A DNA stretch of 64,000 nt from Escherichia coli (GCF_030013205.1 NZ_CP122648.1); one strand, 5' to 3'; shown: positions 24,163 to 36,408, counted from the stretch's first letter. A program made the numbers and translations. The notes: generated from the letters alone by a model not told the origin.

Positions 24163-25874
24163 TGAGCGAAAAACATCCAGGGCCTTTAGTGGTCGAAGGA
24201 AAACTGACAGACGCCGAGCGCATGAAGCTTGAAAGCAACTACCTGCGCGGCACCATTGCGGAAGATTTAAACGACGGTCTGACCGGCGGCTTTAAGGGCG
24301 ACAACTTCCTGCTGATCCGCTTCCACGGCATGTATCAGCAGGATGACCGCGACATCCGCGCCGAACGTGCTGAACAGAAGCTGGAGCCACGTCATGCAAT
24401 GCTGTTGCGCTGTCGTCTGCCGGGTGGGGTGATTACCACCAAACAGTGGCAGGCGATCGATAAATTTGCCGGTGAAAACACCATCTATGGCAGCATTCGC
24501 CTGACCAACCGCCAGACGTTTCAGTTCCACGGCATTCTGAAAAAGAACGTCAAACCGGTGCACCAGATGCTGCACTCGGTCGGTCTTGATGCGCTGGCGA
24601 CTGCTAACGACATGAACCGTAACGTACTCTGCACCTCGAACCCTTACGAGTCGCAGCTACACGCGGAAGCGTATGAATGGGCGAAGAAAATCTCTGAACA
24701 TCTGCTGCCGCGTACCCGCGCGTATGCGGAGATCTGGCTCGATCAGGAAAAAGTCGCCACCACCGATGAAGAACCGATCCTCGGTCAGACTTATTTGCCG
24801 CGTAAATTCAAAACCACGGTAGTGATCCCGCCGCAGAACGATATCGATCTGCATGCCAACGACATGAACTTCGTGGCAATCGCCGAAAACGGCAAGCTGG
24901 TGGGCTTTAACCTGTTGGTGGGCGGTGGGCTTTCTATCGAACACGGCAACAAGAAAACCTACGCCCGCACGGCGAGTGAGTTTGGCTATCTGCCGCTGGA
25001 GCATACGCTGGCGGTGGCAGAAGCCGTCGTGACGACTCAGCGCGACTGGGGTAACCGTACCGATCGTAAAAATGCCAAAACCAAATACACGCTGGAGCGC
25101 GTGGGGGTTGAGACGTTTAAAGCGGAAGTGGAGCGTCGCGCGGGGATCAAATTTGAACCGATCCGTCCATATGAGTTCACCGGACGCGGCGATCGTATTG
25201 GCTGGGTTAAAGGCATTGATGATAACTGGCACCTGACGCTGTTTATCGAAAATGGTCGCATCCTTGATTATCCTGGGCGTCCGCTGAAAACCGGCCTGCT
25301 GGAGATCGCGAAGATCCACAAAGGCGATTTCCGCATTACGGCGAACCAGAATCTGATCATCGCCGGTGTGCCGGAAAGCGAGAAAGCGAAGATCGAGAAG
25401 ATCGCCAAAGAGAGCGGGTTAATGAATGCCGTCACGCCGCAGCGTGAAAACTCAATGGCCTGCGTGTCATTCCCGACTTGCCCGCTGGCGATGGCGGAAG
25501 CGGAGCGTTTCCTGCCGTCTTTTATCGACAACATCGATAATTTAATGGCGAAACATGGTGTCAGCGATGAGCATATCGTGATGCGTGTAACAGGCTGCCC
25601 GAACGGTTGTGGTCGCGCGATGCTGGCGGAAGTGGGCCTGGTGGGTAAAGCGCCGGGTCGCTACAACCTGCATCTTGGCGGCAACCGCATTGGGACACGT
25701 ATCCCACGGATGTATAAAGAAAACATCACCGAGCCGGAAATCCTGGCGTCGCTTGATGAACTGATAGGGCGCTGGGCGAAAGAGCGCGAAGCGGGTGAAG
25801 GCTTCGGCGACTTTACGGTGCGTGCGGGCATCATTCGCCCGGTGCTCGATCCGGCGCGCGATTTGTGGGATTAA
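24162..25874 (+). CDS. cysI: sulfite reductase (NADPH) hemoprotein beta subunit
   Basis: 570-aa ORF with siroheme/4Fe-4S Cys ligands (TGCPNGCGR). Confidence 0.95.
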   Translation: MSEKHPGPLVVEGKLTDAERMKLESNYLRGTIAEDLNDGLTGGFKGDNFLLIRFHGMYQQDDRDIRAERAEQKLEPRHAMLLRCRLPGGVITTKQWQAIDKFAGENTIYGSIRLTNRQTFQFHGILKKNVKPVHQMLHSVGLDALATANDMNRNVLCTSNPYESQLHAEAYEWAKKISEHLLPRTRAYAEIWLDQEKVATTDEEPILGQTYLPRKFKTTVVIPPQNDIDLHANDMNFVAIAENGKLVGFNLLVGGGLSIEHGNKKTYARTASEFGYLPLEHTLAVAEAVVTTQRDWGNRTDRKNAKTKYTLERVGVETFKAEVERRAGIKFEPIRPYEFTGRGDRIGWVKGIDDNWHLTLFIENGRILDYPGRPLKTGLLEIAKIHKGDFRITANQNLIIAGVPESEKAKIEKIAKESGLMNAVTPQRENSMACVSFPTCPLAMAEAERFLPSFIDNIDNLMAKHGVSDEHIVMRVTGCPNGCGRAMLAEVGLVGKAPGRYNLHLGGNRIGTRIPRMYKENITEPEILASLDELIGRWAKEREAGEGFGDFTVRAGIIRPVLDPARDLWD

Positions 25875-25879
25875 CCATC

Positions 25880-25930
25880 AGCCCGGTCTTGTAGGCCTGA
25901 TAAGACGCGTGAGCGTCGCATCAGGCAAGG
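25880..25930. repeat. REP palindromic element
   Basis: gtaggcctgataagacgcgtgagcgtcgcatcaggc between cysI and cysH. Confidence 0.55.
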
Positions 25931-25947
25931 CAAACTGTGAGGAACTT

Positions 25948-26682
25948 ATGTCCAAACTCGATCTAAACGCCCTGAACGAACTGCCGAAGGTAGATCGCAT
26001 TCTGGCGCTGGCGGAAACTAACGCCGAACTGGAAAAACTGGACGCTGAAGGCCGCGTTGCCTGGGCGCTGGATAATCTGCCCGGTGAATATGTACTTTCT
26101 TCCAGCTTTGGCATTCAGGCGGCGGTGAGCCTGCATCTGGTGAATCAGATTCGCCCGGATATTCCAGTGATCCTCACCGATACGGGTTACTTGTTCCCGG
26201 AAACCTACCGCTTTATTGACGAGTTAACGGACAAACTCAAGCTCAACCTGAAAGTGTACCGCGCTACCGAAAGCGCCGCCTGGCAGGAAGCACGTTACGG
26301 AAAACTATGGGAGCAGGGCGTTGAAGGCATTGAAAAGTACAATGACATCAACAAAGTCGAACCGATGAACCGGGCGCTGAAAGAACTGAATGCGCAAACG
26401 TGGTTTGCTGGCCTGCGCCGCGAACAATCCGGCAGTCGCGCCAATTTACCGGTGCTGGCAATTCAGCGTGGCGTATTTAAAGTGCTGCCGATTATCGACT
26501 GGGATAACCGAACGATATATCAGTATCTGCAAAAACATGGCCTGAAATATCATCCATTATGGGACAAAGGATATTTATCCGTCGGTGATACCCATACAAC
26601 CCGTAAATGGGAACCCGGCATGGCGGAAGAAGAAACGCGTTTCTTTGGCTTAAAAAGGGAATGTGGGCTGCACGAAGGGTAA
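25948..26682 (+). CDS. cysH: phosphoadenosine phosphosulfate reductase
   Basis: 244 aa from the ATG at 25948 ([12 protein letters not shown]); C-terminal ECGLH motif. Confidence 0.9.
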   Translation: MSKLDLNALNELPKVDRILALAETNAELEKLDAEGRVAWALDNLPGEYVLSSSFGIQAAVSLHLVNQIRPDIPVILTDTGYLFPETYRFIDELTDKLKLNLKVYRATESAAWQEARYGKLWEQGVEGIEKYNDINKVEPMNRALKELNAQTWFAGLRREQSGSRANLPVLAIQRGVFKVLPIIDWDNRTIYQYLQKHGLKYHPLWDKGYLSVGDTHTTRKWEPGMAEEETRFFGLKRECGLHEG

Positions 26683-26947
26683 AATATCGTACCGCTTAAT
26701 AAACGTCTCTGTCTGAAAAGATGGGGGCGTTTTTATTTTGCGAGCAGCATTCCTGATTTTAAACGTGAACGCCGCTGGAAGAATTATCAGGTATAGAATG
26801 GCGTTGGGTGCTTGAGGCTGTCTGGCGTTAAGCATTCGCGAGGTTCCAGATGGACAAAAGCCCCAGGCGATATTTCTATCAACCTGAGGCCAGCGTTCGA
26901 ACCCAAACAACTCGAATGTTAGTCTCTTCTTTGCAGGGAGGCAAGAC

Positions 26948-27100
26948 ATGCTGACAAAATATGCCCTTGTGGCAATCATAGTGCTGTGTTTTACAGTACT
27001 GGGATTCACGCTGATGGTAGGCGACTCGTTGTGTGAGTTGAGTATCAGAGAACGTGGTATGGAGTTTAAGGCAGTTCTCGCTTACGAATCGAAGAAGTAG
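26948..27100 (+). CDS. Hok/Gef-family type I toxin (small membrane peptide)
   Basis: 50-aa [54 protein letters not shown]-terminal TM helix and conserved Hok C-terminal DSLCE and AYES motifs; below the length cutoff of the ORF track. Confidence 0.7.
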   Translation: MLTKYALVAIIVLCFTVLGFTLMVGDSLCELSIRERGMEFKAVLAYESKK

Positions 27101-27105
27101 CCACC

Positions 27106-27127
27106 ACGCGGGGGTAAAACCCCGCGT
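27106..27127 (+). terminator. GC-rich hairpin immediately after the hok stop
   Basis: acgcggggg-taaaa-ccccgcgt; may be the 3' stem of the hok mRNA or a terminator. Confidence 0.4.
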
Positions 27128-27294
27128 ATTGAATTGTGATGGTTTGGTCTCCTGCACCCTTTTTTAATTTATATTGTTTATGTGAATATTATGCCTATGT
27201 TTATTATTCATATATATTACGGATGAAAATTATTTGATTATTCATAATGTAAATATTTTATTGAACGATATATGTCACAGATAATTTTTAATAT

Positions 27295-29994
27295 ATGCGT
27301 AAATATCCTTTAAGTTTACTGAAGGATAAAAATATTGTGACTTTTTTTGATTTCTGGGGAAAAACCCGACGCGGCGAGAAAGACGGGGGCGACGACTATC
27401 ACCTTCTTTGCTGGCATTCGCTGGATGTAGCCGCGATGGGCTATTTAATGGTTAAAAGCAATTGCTTCGGGCTGGTTGACTATTTTCGTCAACTAGGTTT
27501 CGCTGATACGGAGCAGGCAGCACAATTTTTCGCCTGGCTATTGTGCTGGCACGATACTGGAAAATTTGCCCGCTCTTTTCAGCAACTTTACCTGCACCCA
27601 CAACTCAAGGTTCCGGAAGGCGCAAGAAAGAATTACGAAAAGATCTCTCATTCAACGCTGGGCTACTGGCTGTGGCATCATTATTTAAGTGAATACGAAG
27701 AATTGCTTCCTTCATCTTCACTCTCTCCGCGCAAACTTAAACGGGTGATGGAGATGTGGATGCCCATGACTACCGGGCATCATGGTCGGCCCCCTGACCG
27801 TATTGATGAACTGGATAATTTTCTGCCTGAAGACAAAGCTGCCGCACGAGATTTTCTCCTTGAAATCAAGGTACTGTTTCCGCTCATCGAGATCCCCGCA
27901 TTCTGGGATGATGACGAGGGCATTGAACTTTTAAAACAACTTTCCTGGTATATCTCTGCAACCGTCGTACTCGCAGACTGGACGGGATCGTCAACGCGGT
28001 TTTTTCCACGCGTTGCACAGGCAATGGATATTAAAGATTACTGGCAGAAGGCTTTAGTTCAGGCTCAAAACGCCTTAACCGTCTTTCCTCCAAAAGCACA
28101 AACCGCGCCTTTCACCGGAATTAATACACTGTTTCCTTTTATTGAGCACCCGACACCGTTACAGCAAAAGGTGCTGGATCTGGATATCAGCCAGCCAGGA
28201 CCGCAGTTATTTATTCTGGAAGATGTGACTGGCGCAGGTAAAACAGAAGCGGCGCTTATCCTGGCGCACAGGTTGATGGCTGCGAGGAAAGCACAGGGTT
28301 TGTTTTTTGGCCTGCCAACAATGGCAACGGCCAATGCCATGTACGATCGGTTGGTCAAAACCTGGCTTGCTTTCTATTCTCCAGAATCTCGCCCCAGCCT
28401 GGTGCTGGCACACAGTGCCCGCACATTAATGGATCGCTTTAATGAATCACTCTGGTCCGGTGATTTAGTCGGGTCAGAAGAACCGGATGAACAAACGTTC
28501 AGTCAGGGATGTGCGGCCTGGTTTGCCGACAGTAACAAGAAGGCGTTGCTGGCTGAAATTGGCGTCGGCACTTTGGATCAGGCGATGATGGCGGTGATGC
28601 CGTTCAAACATAATAATCTGCGGCTTCTGGGGCTGAGTAATAAAATCCTGCTGGCTGATGAGATCCACGCCTGTGACGCTTACATGTCATGCATTCTTGA
28701 AGGGCTGATCGAGCGGCAGGCGCGTGGCGGAAACAGCGTCATTTTGCTTTCTGCCACGTTATCTCAACAGCAGCGCGACAAACTCGTTGCTGCCTTTGCG
28801 CGTGGTACAGAGGGCCAGCAAGAAGCTCCGTTCCTGGAAAAGGATGATTACCCCTGGCTGACGCACGTTACGAAATCCGATGTGCATTCACACCGGGTAG
28901 CGACGCGCAAAGACGTTGAGCGTAGCGTGAGCGTGGGTTGGCTTCATAGCGAACAAGAATGTATTGCGCGTATCGAATCGGCAGTAAGTCAGGGGAAATG
29001 CATCGCCTGGATCCGGAATTCTGTCGATGACGCTATTAAGGTTTATCGTCAGTTGCTTGCCCGCGGCGTCATTCCTGCTTCCAGCCTTTCTCTGTTTCAT
29101 AGCCGCTTTGCTTTTAGCGATCGCCAGCGAATTGAAACGGAAACGCTGGCACGCTTCGGTAAAAGTTGTAGTTTACAGAGATCATCGCAACTCATTGTTT
29201 TTACACAAGTAATTGAACAAAGTGTGGATATTGACCTGGACGAAATGATATCCGACCTGGCCCCTGTTGATTTGCTGATCCAACGGGCGGGGCGATTACA
29301 GCGGCATATCCGCGATATTAATGGTCAGTTAAAGCGTGACGGAAAAGACGAGCGTTCCCCTCCTGAATTGCTGATTCTGGCCCCCGTCTGGGACGACGCT
29401 CCAGGTGACGAATGGTTCGGCAGTGCCATGCGTAACAGTGCATATGTCTATCCCGATCATGGACGAATCTGGCTGACGCAGCGTGTACTGCGTGAGCAAG
29501 GCGCGATTCAAATGCCACACGCAGCCCGCCTTCTTATTGAATCAGTCTACGGTGAGGACGTGGTAATGCCGGAAGGATTTGCCCGCAGCGAGCAGGAACA
29601 AGTGGGCAAATATTACTGCGATCGCGCAATGGCTAAAAAGTTTGTGCTGAACTTCAGGCCCGGCTATGCCGCCAATATCAACGATTACCTCCCGGAAAAA
29701 CTGTCGACACGTCTGGCTGAGGAGTCTGTTTCCCTGTGGCTGTCTACCTGTATTGCCGGTGTGGTGAAGCCTTATGCCAACGGTGCTCACGCATGGGAAA
29801 TGAGCGTTGTCAGAGTGCGTCGAAGCTGGTGGAAAAAACATCGGGATGAGTTTTCTTTACTGGAAGGGGATGCGTTCAGGCAGTGGTGCATTGAACAGCG
29901 GCAAGAGCCGGAGATGGCAAACGTGATTTTAGTCACCGATGACGAAAGTTGCGGGTATTCGGCTATGGAAGGATTGACTGGCAAGGTTGGTTGA
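27295..29994 (+). CDS. cas3: CRISPR-associated nuclease/helicase Cas3 (type I-E)
   Basis: 899-aa ORF; HD nuclease motifs (HLLCWHSLD, WHDTGKF), helicase Walker A (VTGAGKTEAA) and DExH-like box (LADEIHACD). Confidence 0.9.
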   Translation: MRKYPLSLLKDKNIVTFFDFWGKTRRGEKDGGDDYHLLCWHSLDVAAMGYLMVKSNCFGLVDYFRQLGFADTEQAAQFFAWLLCWHDTGKFARSFQQLYLHPQLKVPEGARKNYEKISHSTLGYWLWHHYLSEYEELLPSSSLSPRKLKRVMEMWMPMTTGHHGRPPDRIDELDNFLPEDKAAARDFLLEIKVLFPLIEIPAFWDDDEGIELLKQLSWYISATVVLADWTGSSTRFFPRVAQAMDIKDYWQKALVQAQNALTVFPPKAQTAPFTGINTLFPFIEHPTPLQQKVLDLDISQPGPQLFILEDVTGAGKTEAALILAHRLMAARKAQGLFFGLPTMATANAMYDRLVKTWLAFYSPESRPSLVLAHSARTLMDRFNESLWSGDLVGSEEPDEQTFSQGCAAWFADSNKKALLAEIGVGTLDQAMMAVMPFKHNNLRLLGLSNKILLADEIHACDAYMSCILEGLIERQARGGNSVILLSATLSQQQRDKLVAAFARGTEGQQEAPFLEKDDYPWLTHVTKSDVHSHRVATRKDVERSVSVGWLHSEQECIARIESAVSQGKCIAWIRNSVDDAIKVYRQLLARGVIPASSLSLFHSRFAFSDRQRIETETLARFGKSCSLQRSSQLIVFTQVIEQSVDIDLDEMISDLAPVDLLIQRAGRLQRHIRDINGQLKRDGKDERSPPELLILAPVWDDAPGDEWFGSAMRNSAYVYPDHGRIWLTQRVLREQGAIQMPHAARLLIESVYGEDVVMPEGFARSEQEQVGKYYCDRAMAKKFVLNFRPGYAANINDYLPEKLSTRLAEESVSLWLSTCIAGVVKPYANGAHAWEMSVVRVRRSWWKKHRDEFSLLEGDAFRQWCIEQRQEPEMANVILVTDDESCGYSAMEGLTGKVG

Positions 29995-30091
29995 GATGCC
30001 TGCGACAGGGCTCTCTGAATAGTTGATACACCGAAAAGGATGGAATGATGGACAACCGACCAGGGATGGTCTTTTTTACGAGAGGATGCGT

Positions 30092-31654
30092 ATGAACTCG
30101 TTTTCACTTCTGACAACCCCGTGGTTGCCCGTTCGTTATAAAGACGGAACGACAGGCAAACTGGCGCCAGTCGATCTGGCGGATGAAAATGTTGTCGATA
30201 TCGCTGCGCCGCGGGCAGATCTCCAGGGGGCGGCATGGCAGTTTTTGCTGGGACTATTACAAACCAGCTTCGCGCCAAAAGATCAACGTCGTTGGGATGA
30301 TATCTGGGAAGACGGACTGGAAGCTGAAAAGCTACGGGAAGCATTGCTGTCATTAGACCATGCTTTCCAGTTCGGGCCAGATTCACCTTCATTTATGCAG
30401 GATTTTGAGGCGCTCACGGGAGATAAAGTTCCGGTCGCTTCGCTACTGCCTGAGATTCCCGGCGTTCAAACAACAAAGTTTAATAAAGACCACTTTATCA
30501 AGCGTGGTGTAACGGAATACCTGTGCCCACATTGTTCTGCGTTAGCTCTGTTCTCCCTACAGTTAAATGCGCCGGCAGGCGGCAAAGGCTATCGCACCGG
30601 TTTACGCGGCGGTGGGCCGATGACCACGCTGATTGAATTACAGGAATATCAGGGCAATCAACAAACTCCCTTGTGGCGCAAACTATGGCTCAACGTGATG
30701 CCGCAGGATGAAGCCGACTTACCGCTACCCAAAAAATTTGACGATCTGATTTTCCCCTGGCTAGGCCCGACGCGTACCAGCGAACTGGCCGGTGCGGTGG
30801 TAACCCATGATCAGGTCAATAAACTCCAGGCGTACTGGGGAATGCCGCGGCGTATACGTATTGATTTTAATACCACGACAGTCGGCAACTGCGATATTTG
30901 CGACGAGCAGAACGACGCGCTCCTGAGCCTGATGACGACCAAAAATTATGGTGCCAATTATGCCATGTGGCAGCATCCCTTAACGCCTTACCGTGTACCA
31001 CTTAAAGAGGGGGGCGAGTTTTACTCCGTTAAACCACAACCGGGCGGTTTAATCTGGCGCGACTGGTTAGGCCTTATCGAAACGGGTAAATCAGAAAACA
31101 ATACGGAACTTCCCGCGCTGGTGGTGAAACTCTTTAATGCCAGCAGTCTGAAACAGGCAAAAGTGGGCCTATGGGGATTTGGTTATGATTTTGACAACAT
31201 GAAAGCGCGCTGTTGGTACGAACACCATTTCCCGCTACTGCTCAATAAAAAAGAAGGCCAGATACCGAAGCTGCGGCTGGCTGCGCAAACGGCTTCACGG
31301 ATTCTGAGTCTGTTACGGAGTGCATTGAAAGAAGCATGGTTCTCCGATCCAAAAGGTGCAAGGGGTGATTTCAGTTTTGTGGATATCGACTTCTGGAACA
31401 AAACTCAGCATCGCTTCCTGAGGTTAGTGCGCCAAATTGAAGAAGGTCAGGATGCGGATGAATTACTCGGCAAATGGCAAAAGGAAATTTGGTTATTCGC
31501 GCGTCAGGATTTTGACGAGCGTGTATTCACTAATCCTTATGAGCCCGTTGATTTGAAACGCGTCATGACCGCGCGCAAGAAATATTTTACAACATCGGCG
31601 GAGAAGCAAAGTGCTAAAGCCGCCTGGGAGAAAAAGCAGGAGGCTGCTGAATGA
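30092..31654 (+). CDS. cse1: Cascade large subunit Cse1 (CasA)
   Basis: start chosen at MNSFSLLTTPWLPVRY (RBS gagagg 6 nt upstream); track ORF begins at 30023; about 520 aa, first gene after cas3. Confidence 0.8.
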   Translation: MNSFSLLTTPWLPVRYKDGTTGKLAPVDLADENVVDIAAPRADLQGAAWQFLLGLLQTSFAPKDQRRWDDIWEDGLEAEKLREALLSLDHAFQFGPDSPSFMQDFEALTGDKVPVASLLPEIPGVQTTKFNKDHFIKRGVTEYLCPHCSALALFSLQLNAPAGGKGYRTGLRGGGPMTTLIELQEYQGNQQTPLWRKLWLNVMPQDEADLPLPKKFDDLIFPWLGPTRTSELAGAVVTHDQVNKLQAYWGMPRRIRIDFNTTTVGNCDICDEQNDALLSLMTTKNYGANYAMWQHPLTPYRVPLKEGGEFYSVKPQPGGLIWRDWLGLIETGKSENNTELPALVVKLFNASSLKQAKVGLWGFGYDFDNMKARCWYEHHFPLLLNKKEGQIPKLRLAAQTASRILSLLRSALKEAWFSDPKGARGDFSFVDIDFWNKTQHRFLRLVRQIEEGQDADELLGKWQKEIWLFARQDFDERVFTNPYEPVDLKRVMTARKKYFTTSAEKQSAKAAWEKKQEAAE

Positions 31655-32187
31655 GTATTGTAAAAGAGGAGCACAAAGCCACGCTGCGTAAATGGCACGA
31701 AGAGTTGCAGGAAAAACGCGGCAATCGTGCCAGTCTGCGGCGTAGCACAACGGTTAATGATGTTTGTCTGTCAGAAGGGTTTCGTTCTCTGCTGATGCAG
31801 ACCCACACGTTGTGGAAAATTGAATCACAGGAGTGGCGTTTTACCGCACTGGCGCTGGTTGCCGCCGTTGCCGCCAATGTAAAAGCCATTGATGAACGGC
31901 AGCCTTTTGCCGCGCAGTTGGCGGCGGTAATGTCTGAGGGGCGTTTTACTCGCCTGTCGGCAGTCAAAACGCCGGATGAATTACTGCGCCAGTTACGTCG
32001 CGCGGTCAAATTATTAAATGGTTCCGTCAATCTTATCTCTTTGGCAGACGATATTTTCCGCTGGTGCCAGGAGAGCGACGATCTGCTCAATCATCACCGC
32101 CGCCAGCAGCGGCCAACAGAATTTATCCGTATCCGCTGGGCGCTGGAATATTACCAGGCTGGCGACGCCGATAACGAACAAAATTAA
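31651..32187 (+). CDS. cse2: Cascade small subunit Cse2 (CasB)
   Basis: 178-aa ORF, start overlaps the cse1 stop; position in the I-E operon. Confidence 0.8.
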   Translation: MSIVKEEHKATLRKWHEELQEKRGNRASLRRSTTVNDVCLSEGFRSLLMQTHTLWKIESQEWRFTALALVAAVAANVKAIDERQPFAAQLAAVMSEGRFTRLSAVKTPDELLRQLRRAVKLLNGSVNLISLADDIFRWCQESDDLLNHHRRQQRPTEFIRIRWALEYYQAGDADNEQN

Positions 32188-32201
32188 TAAAGGACTATCT
32201 C

Positions 32202-33257
32202 ATGACGACATTTATTCAGCTTCATTTGTTAACCGCTTACCCTGCTGCCAACCTTAACCGTGATGACACCGGTGCGCCAAAAACTGTGGTACTGGGTGGA
32301 GCAACGCGTCTGCGCGTTTCCTCACAAAGTCTGAAACGTGCGTGGCGCACTTCTGCACTTTTTGAACAGGCACTGGCGGGCCATATTGGTATTCGCAGTG
32401 GGCGTATTGCGCGTGAGGCGGCAACTATCCTGATTGAGAAAGGCATCGAAGAGAAAAAAGCCATCGAATGGGCGGCAAAAATTGCGGATTATCTTGGGAA
32501 AGCTAAAAACGACAAAAAACCAAAAGATCCGCTCACTAACGCCGAAACTGAACAGCTAGTCCATATCAGCCCGGCAGAATTTGACGCCGTAAAAGCGCTG
32601 GCCCATCAACTGGCCGAAGAAAAGCGCGCGCCAAAAGAGGAAGATCTCGCTTTGTTACGTAAAGATCGCATGGCGGTAGATATCGCTATGTTTGGTCGTA
32701 TGCTGGCGAATAAACCCGAATTTAATGTTGAAGCCGCCTGCCAGGTCGCGCATGCATTTGGTGTCAGTGAAACGATTGTCGAAGATGATTTTTTCACCGC
32801 CGTTGATGATTTGCGCCAGGCTTCTGAAGATGCCGGTGCCGGGCATCTTGGTGAAACCGGATTCGGTTCTGCGCTGTTCTACACCTATATCTGCATCGAT
32901 AAAGATCTGCTGGTCGAAAACCTCGGCGGTGACGAAGCGTTAGCTAATCAGACCTTGCGCGCCTTTACGGAAGCCGCACTTAAAGTCTCCCCAACCGGCA
33001 AACAGAACAGCTTTGCCAGCCGTGCCTACGCCTCCTGGGCGCTGGCAGAAAAAGGCACTGAACAACCACGCTCTCTGGCGGCGGCTTTCTATGAACCCAT
33101 TAATGGCACCCGGCAGTTAGATGTGGCGGTGCAGCGTATTACAACGCTTCGCGAAAATATGAATACGGTCTATGAACAGAAGACCGAATGCGCAAGCTTT
33201 GACGTGATGAACAAACAGGGAAGCATGAAGGACGTGCTGGACTTTATCTGCGCGTAA
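32202..33257 (+). CDS. cas7: Cascade backbone subunit Cas7 (CasC)
   Basis: 351-aa ORF in the third Cascade position. Confidence 0.85.
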   Translation: MTTFIQLHLLTAYPAANLNRDDTGAPKTVVLGGATRLRVSSQSLKRAWRTSALFEQALAGHIGIRSGRIAREAATILIEKGIEEKKAIEWAAKIADYLGKAKNDKKPKDPLTNAETEQLVHISPAEFDAVKALAHQLAEEKRAPKEEDLALLRKDRMAVDIAMFGRMLANKPEFNVEAACQVAHAFGVSETIVEDDFFTAVDDLRQASEDAGAGHLGETGFGSALFYTYICIDKDLLVENLGGDEALANQTLRAFTEAALKVSPTGKQNSFASRAYASWALAEKGTEQPRSLAAAFYEPINGTRQLDVAVQRITTLRENMNTVYEQKTECASFDVMNKQGSMKDVLDFICA

Positions 33258-33267
33258 GGGGCGGCTA

Positions 33268-34014
33268 ATGAGCCAATATTTGATTTTTCAGCTTCATGGG
33301 CCAATGGCATCCTGGGGCGTCGATGCCCCCGGCGAAGTGCGTCATACCCATGAACTGCCTTCGCGCTCAGCATTGCTGGGGCTGCTGGCTGCCGGGGTAG
33401 GGATTCGGCGTGATGATACCGAACGATTAAACGCGTTTAACCGCCACTATTCACTGGTGGTTTGCGCCAGCCGTAACCCGCGCTGGGCACGGGATTATCA
33501 CACGGTCCAGATGCCAAAAGAGGTGCGTAAAGCGCGTTATTTCAGCCGTCGCGAAGAGTTGAGCGCCCCTGATCTTCTGAGCGCGATTATCTCCCGGCGC
33601 GACTACTACACCGATGCCTGGTGGATGGTGGCGGTGGCAACAACCCCCGATGCGCCTTACAGGCTTGAACAGTTGCAGGACGGTTTACGTCATCCGGTTT
33701 TTCCGCTTTATCTGGGGCGAAAAAGTCATCCGCTGGCGTTACCACTTGCGCCGTTACTGCTCGAAGGCAACGCGTCTGATGTCTTACGTAACGCATACCA
33801 ACAGTATCAGGATAGTTTCCGCGAACTGAAAGTCTCACTCCCGAAACTTCAGGATGAATGCTGGTGGGAAGGGGAACACGACGGCCTGGTCGCGAGCAAA
33901 ATATTACGTCGCCGGGATGTTCCTTTAAATCGTCAGCAGTGGCTGTTTGGGGAACGCACCATCAATCAGGGGCCGTGGCTCAGCAAGGAGGAACCATGTA
34001 CCTCTCAAGAATAA
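33268..34014 (+). CDS. cas5: Cascade subunit Cas5 (CasD)
   Basis: 248-aa ORF; operon position. Confidence 0.8.
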   Translation: MSQYLIFQLHGPMASWGVDAPGEVRHTHELPSRSALLGLLAAGVGIRRDDTERLNAFNRHYSLVVCASRNPRWARDYHTVQMPKEVRKARYFSRREELSAPDLLSAIISRRDYYTDAWWMVAVATTPDAPYRLEQLQDGLRHPVFPLYLGRKSHPLALPLAPLLLEGNASDVLRNAYQQYQDSFRELKVSLPKLQDECWWEGEHDGLVASKILRRRDVPLNRQQWLFGERTINQGPWLSKEEPCTSQE

Positions 34015-34642
34015 CCTTACATACCGGCCAGCTTTCGCCTGCGCAGTTGCTGCATCTGGTGGATCGCGGTGAATATGTAATGCATCAGTGGCTGTGGGAT
34101 CTTTTTCCTGGCGGCAAAGAAAGGCAATTTCTTTATCGTCGGGAAGAACTCCAGGGGGCGTTTCGCTTTTTTGTCCTGTCGCAGGAACGCCCGGCGGAAA
34201 GTGATATTTTCACCATCGAATGCCGACCATTTGCGCCAGAGTTGCGTACCGGACAATCCCTTTGTTTCAACCTGCGGGCGAATCCAACAATTTGTAAAGC
34301 GGGCAAACGCCACGACTTGCTGATGGAGGCGAAACGGCAGGTGAGGGGGCAGGTGGAAGGAAGTGATGTCTGGTTGCATCAACAACAGGCTGCGCTGGAC
34401 TGGCTGGCAGCGCAGGGGGAGAGAAGCGGTTTTACACTGCTGGATACTTCGGTTGATGCCTACCGACAACAGCAACTGCGGCGGGAAAACTCCCGGCAAC
34501 TGATCCAGTTCAGTAGCGTGGATTATACGGGGATGCTTACGGTCACCGATCCTGGGTTATTTCTGCAACGTCTCAGTCAGGGGTATGGCAAAAGCCGGGC
34601 GTTCGGTTGTGGTCTGATGCTGATCAAACCCGGAGCAGAGGC

Positions 34643-34646
<4 letters not shown>
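33996..34646 (+). CDS. cas6e: CRISPR repeat endoribonuclease Cas6e (CasE)
   Basis: internal ATG at 33996 with RBS aggagg gives 216 aa (MYLSRITLHTGQ); C-terminal glycine-rich loop GCGLMLIKPG. Confidence 0.8.
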
Positions 34647-35856
<1,210 letters not shown>

Positions 35857-35952
35857 GTTATCTGTTCTTTAAAAATAAGGAAATGTTTTAATTTAGTTGG
35901 TAGATTGTTGATGCGGAATAAATTTGTTTAAAAACAGTTATGTATGCTTAGT
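35857..35952 (+). promoter_or_regulatory. AT-rich CRISPR leader, cas2-proximal
   Basis: AT-rich 96 bp between cas2 and the first repeat; contains tttagttggtagattgttg, conserved with the queE-side leader. Confidence 0.6.
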
Positions 35953-36408
35953 GTGTTCCCCGCGCCAGCGGGGATAAACCGCATAATCCCGGCTGGAAAC
36001 ATTGCGGGGGTAAGTGTTCCCCGCGCCAGCGGGGATAAACCGCGACCGATCCCGCTGTTGCAACTTTTATTGAGGTGTTCCCCGCGCCAGCGGGGATAAA
36101 CCGGTGATGAGGAAAAGCTAATAGAATGGCGACGCGTGTTCCCCGCGCCAGCGGGGATAAACCGGTCCACGGTTCGACGCCTACCGCCGCAGCTATGTGT
36201 TCCCCGCGCCAGCGGGGATAAACCGTTGTCGGGCTTGTTCGGCGCGGGTTGTTAACTGTGTTCCCCGCGCCAGCGGGGATAAACCGCCAGTCGAAGATCT
36301 GGACGCGTGGGGAAAAGCGTGTTCCCCGCGTCAGCGGGGATAAACCGGACGCACTGGATGCGATGATGGATATCACTTAGAATTCCCCGCCCCTGCGGTA
36401 GAACTCCC
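35953..36408 (+). CRISPR. type I-E CRISPR array, 7 repeats plus a degenerate terminal repeat, 7 spacers
   Basis: 29-bp repeats GTGTTCCCCGCGCCAGCGGGGATAAACCG at 35953, 36014, 36075, 36136, 36197, 36258, 36319 (the last with gcgTcag); 32-bp spacers between them; degenerate final unit gaattccccgcccctgcggtagaactccc at 36380. Confidence 0.95.

Noticed and set aside
26948-27100. Possible frameshift inside the hok-like ORF
   Set aside because: On re-reading, the run at 27001..27003 is ggg, not gg, and the 50-codon frame is continuous from ATG to TAG; the gene appears intact.
35928-36376. ORFs of 80 and 142 aa with repeated FIPAGAGNT / SPLARGT peptides
   Set aside because: Translation artefact of reading through the CRISPR repeats on the minus strand; the periodicity equals the repeat-spacer unit.
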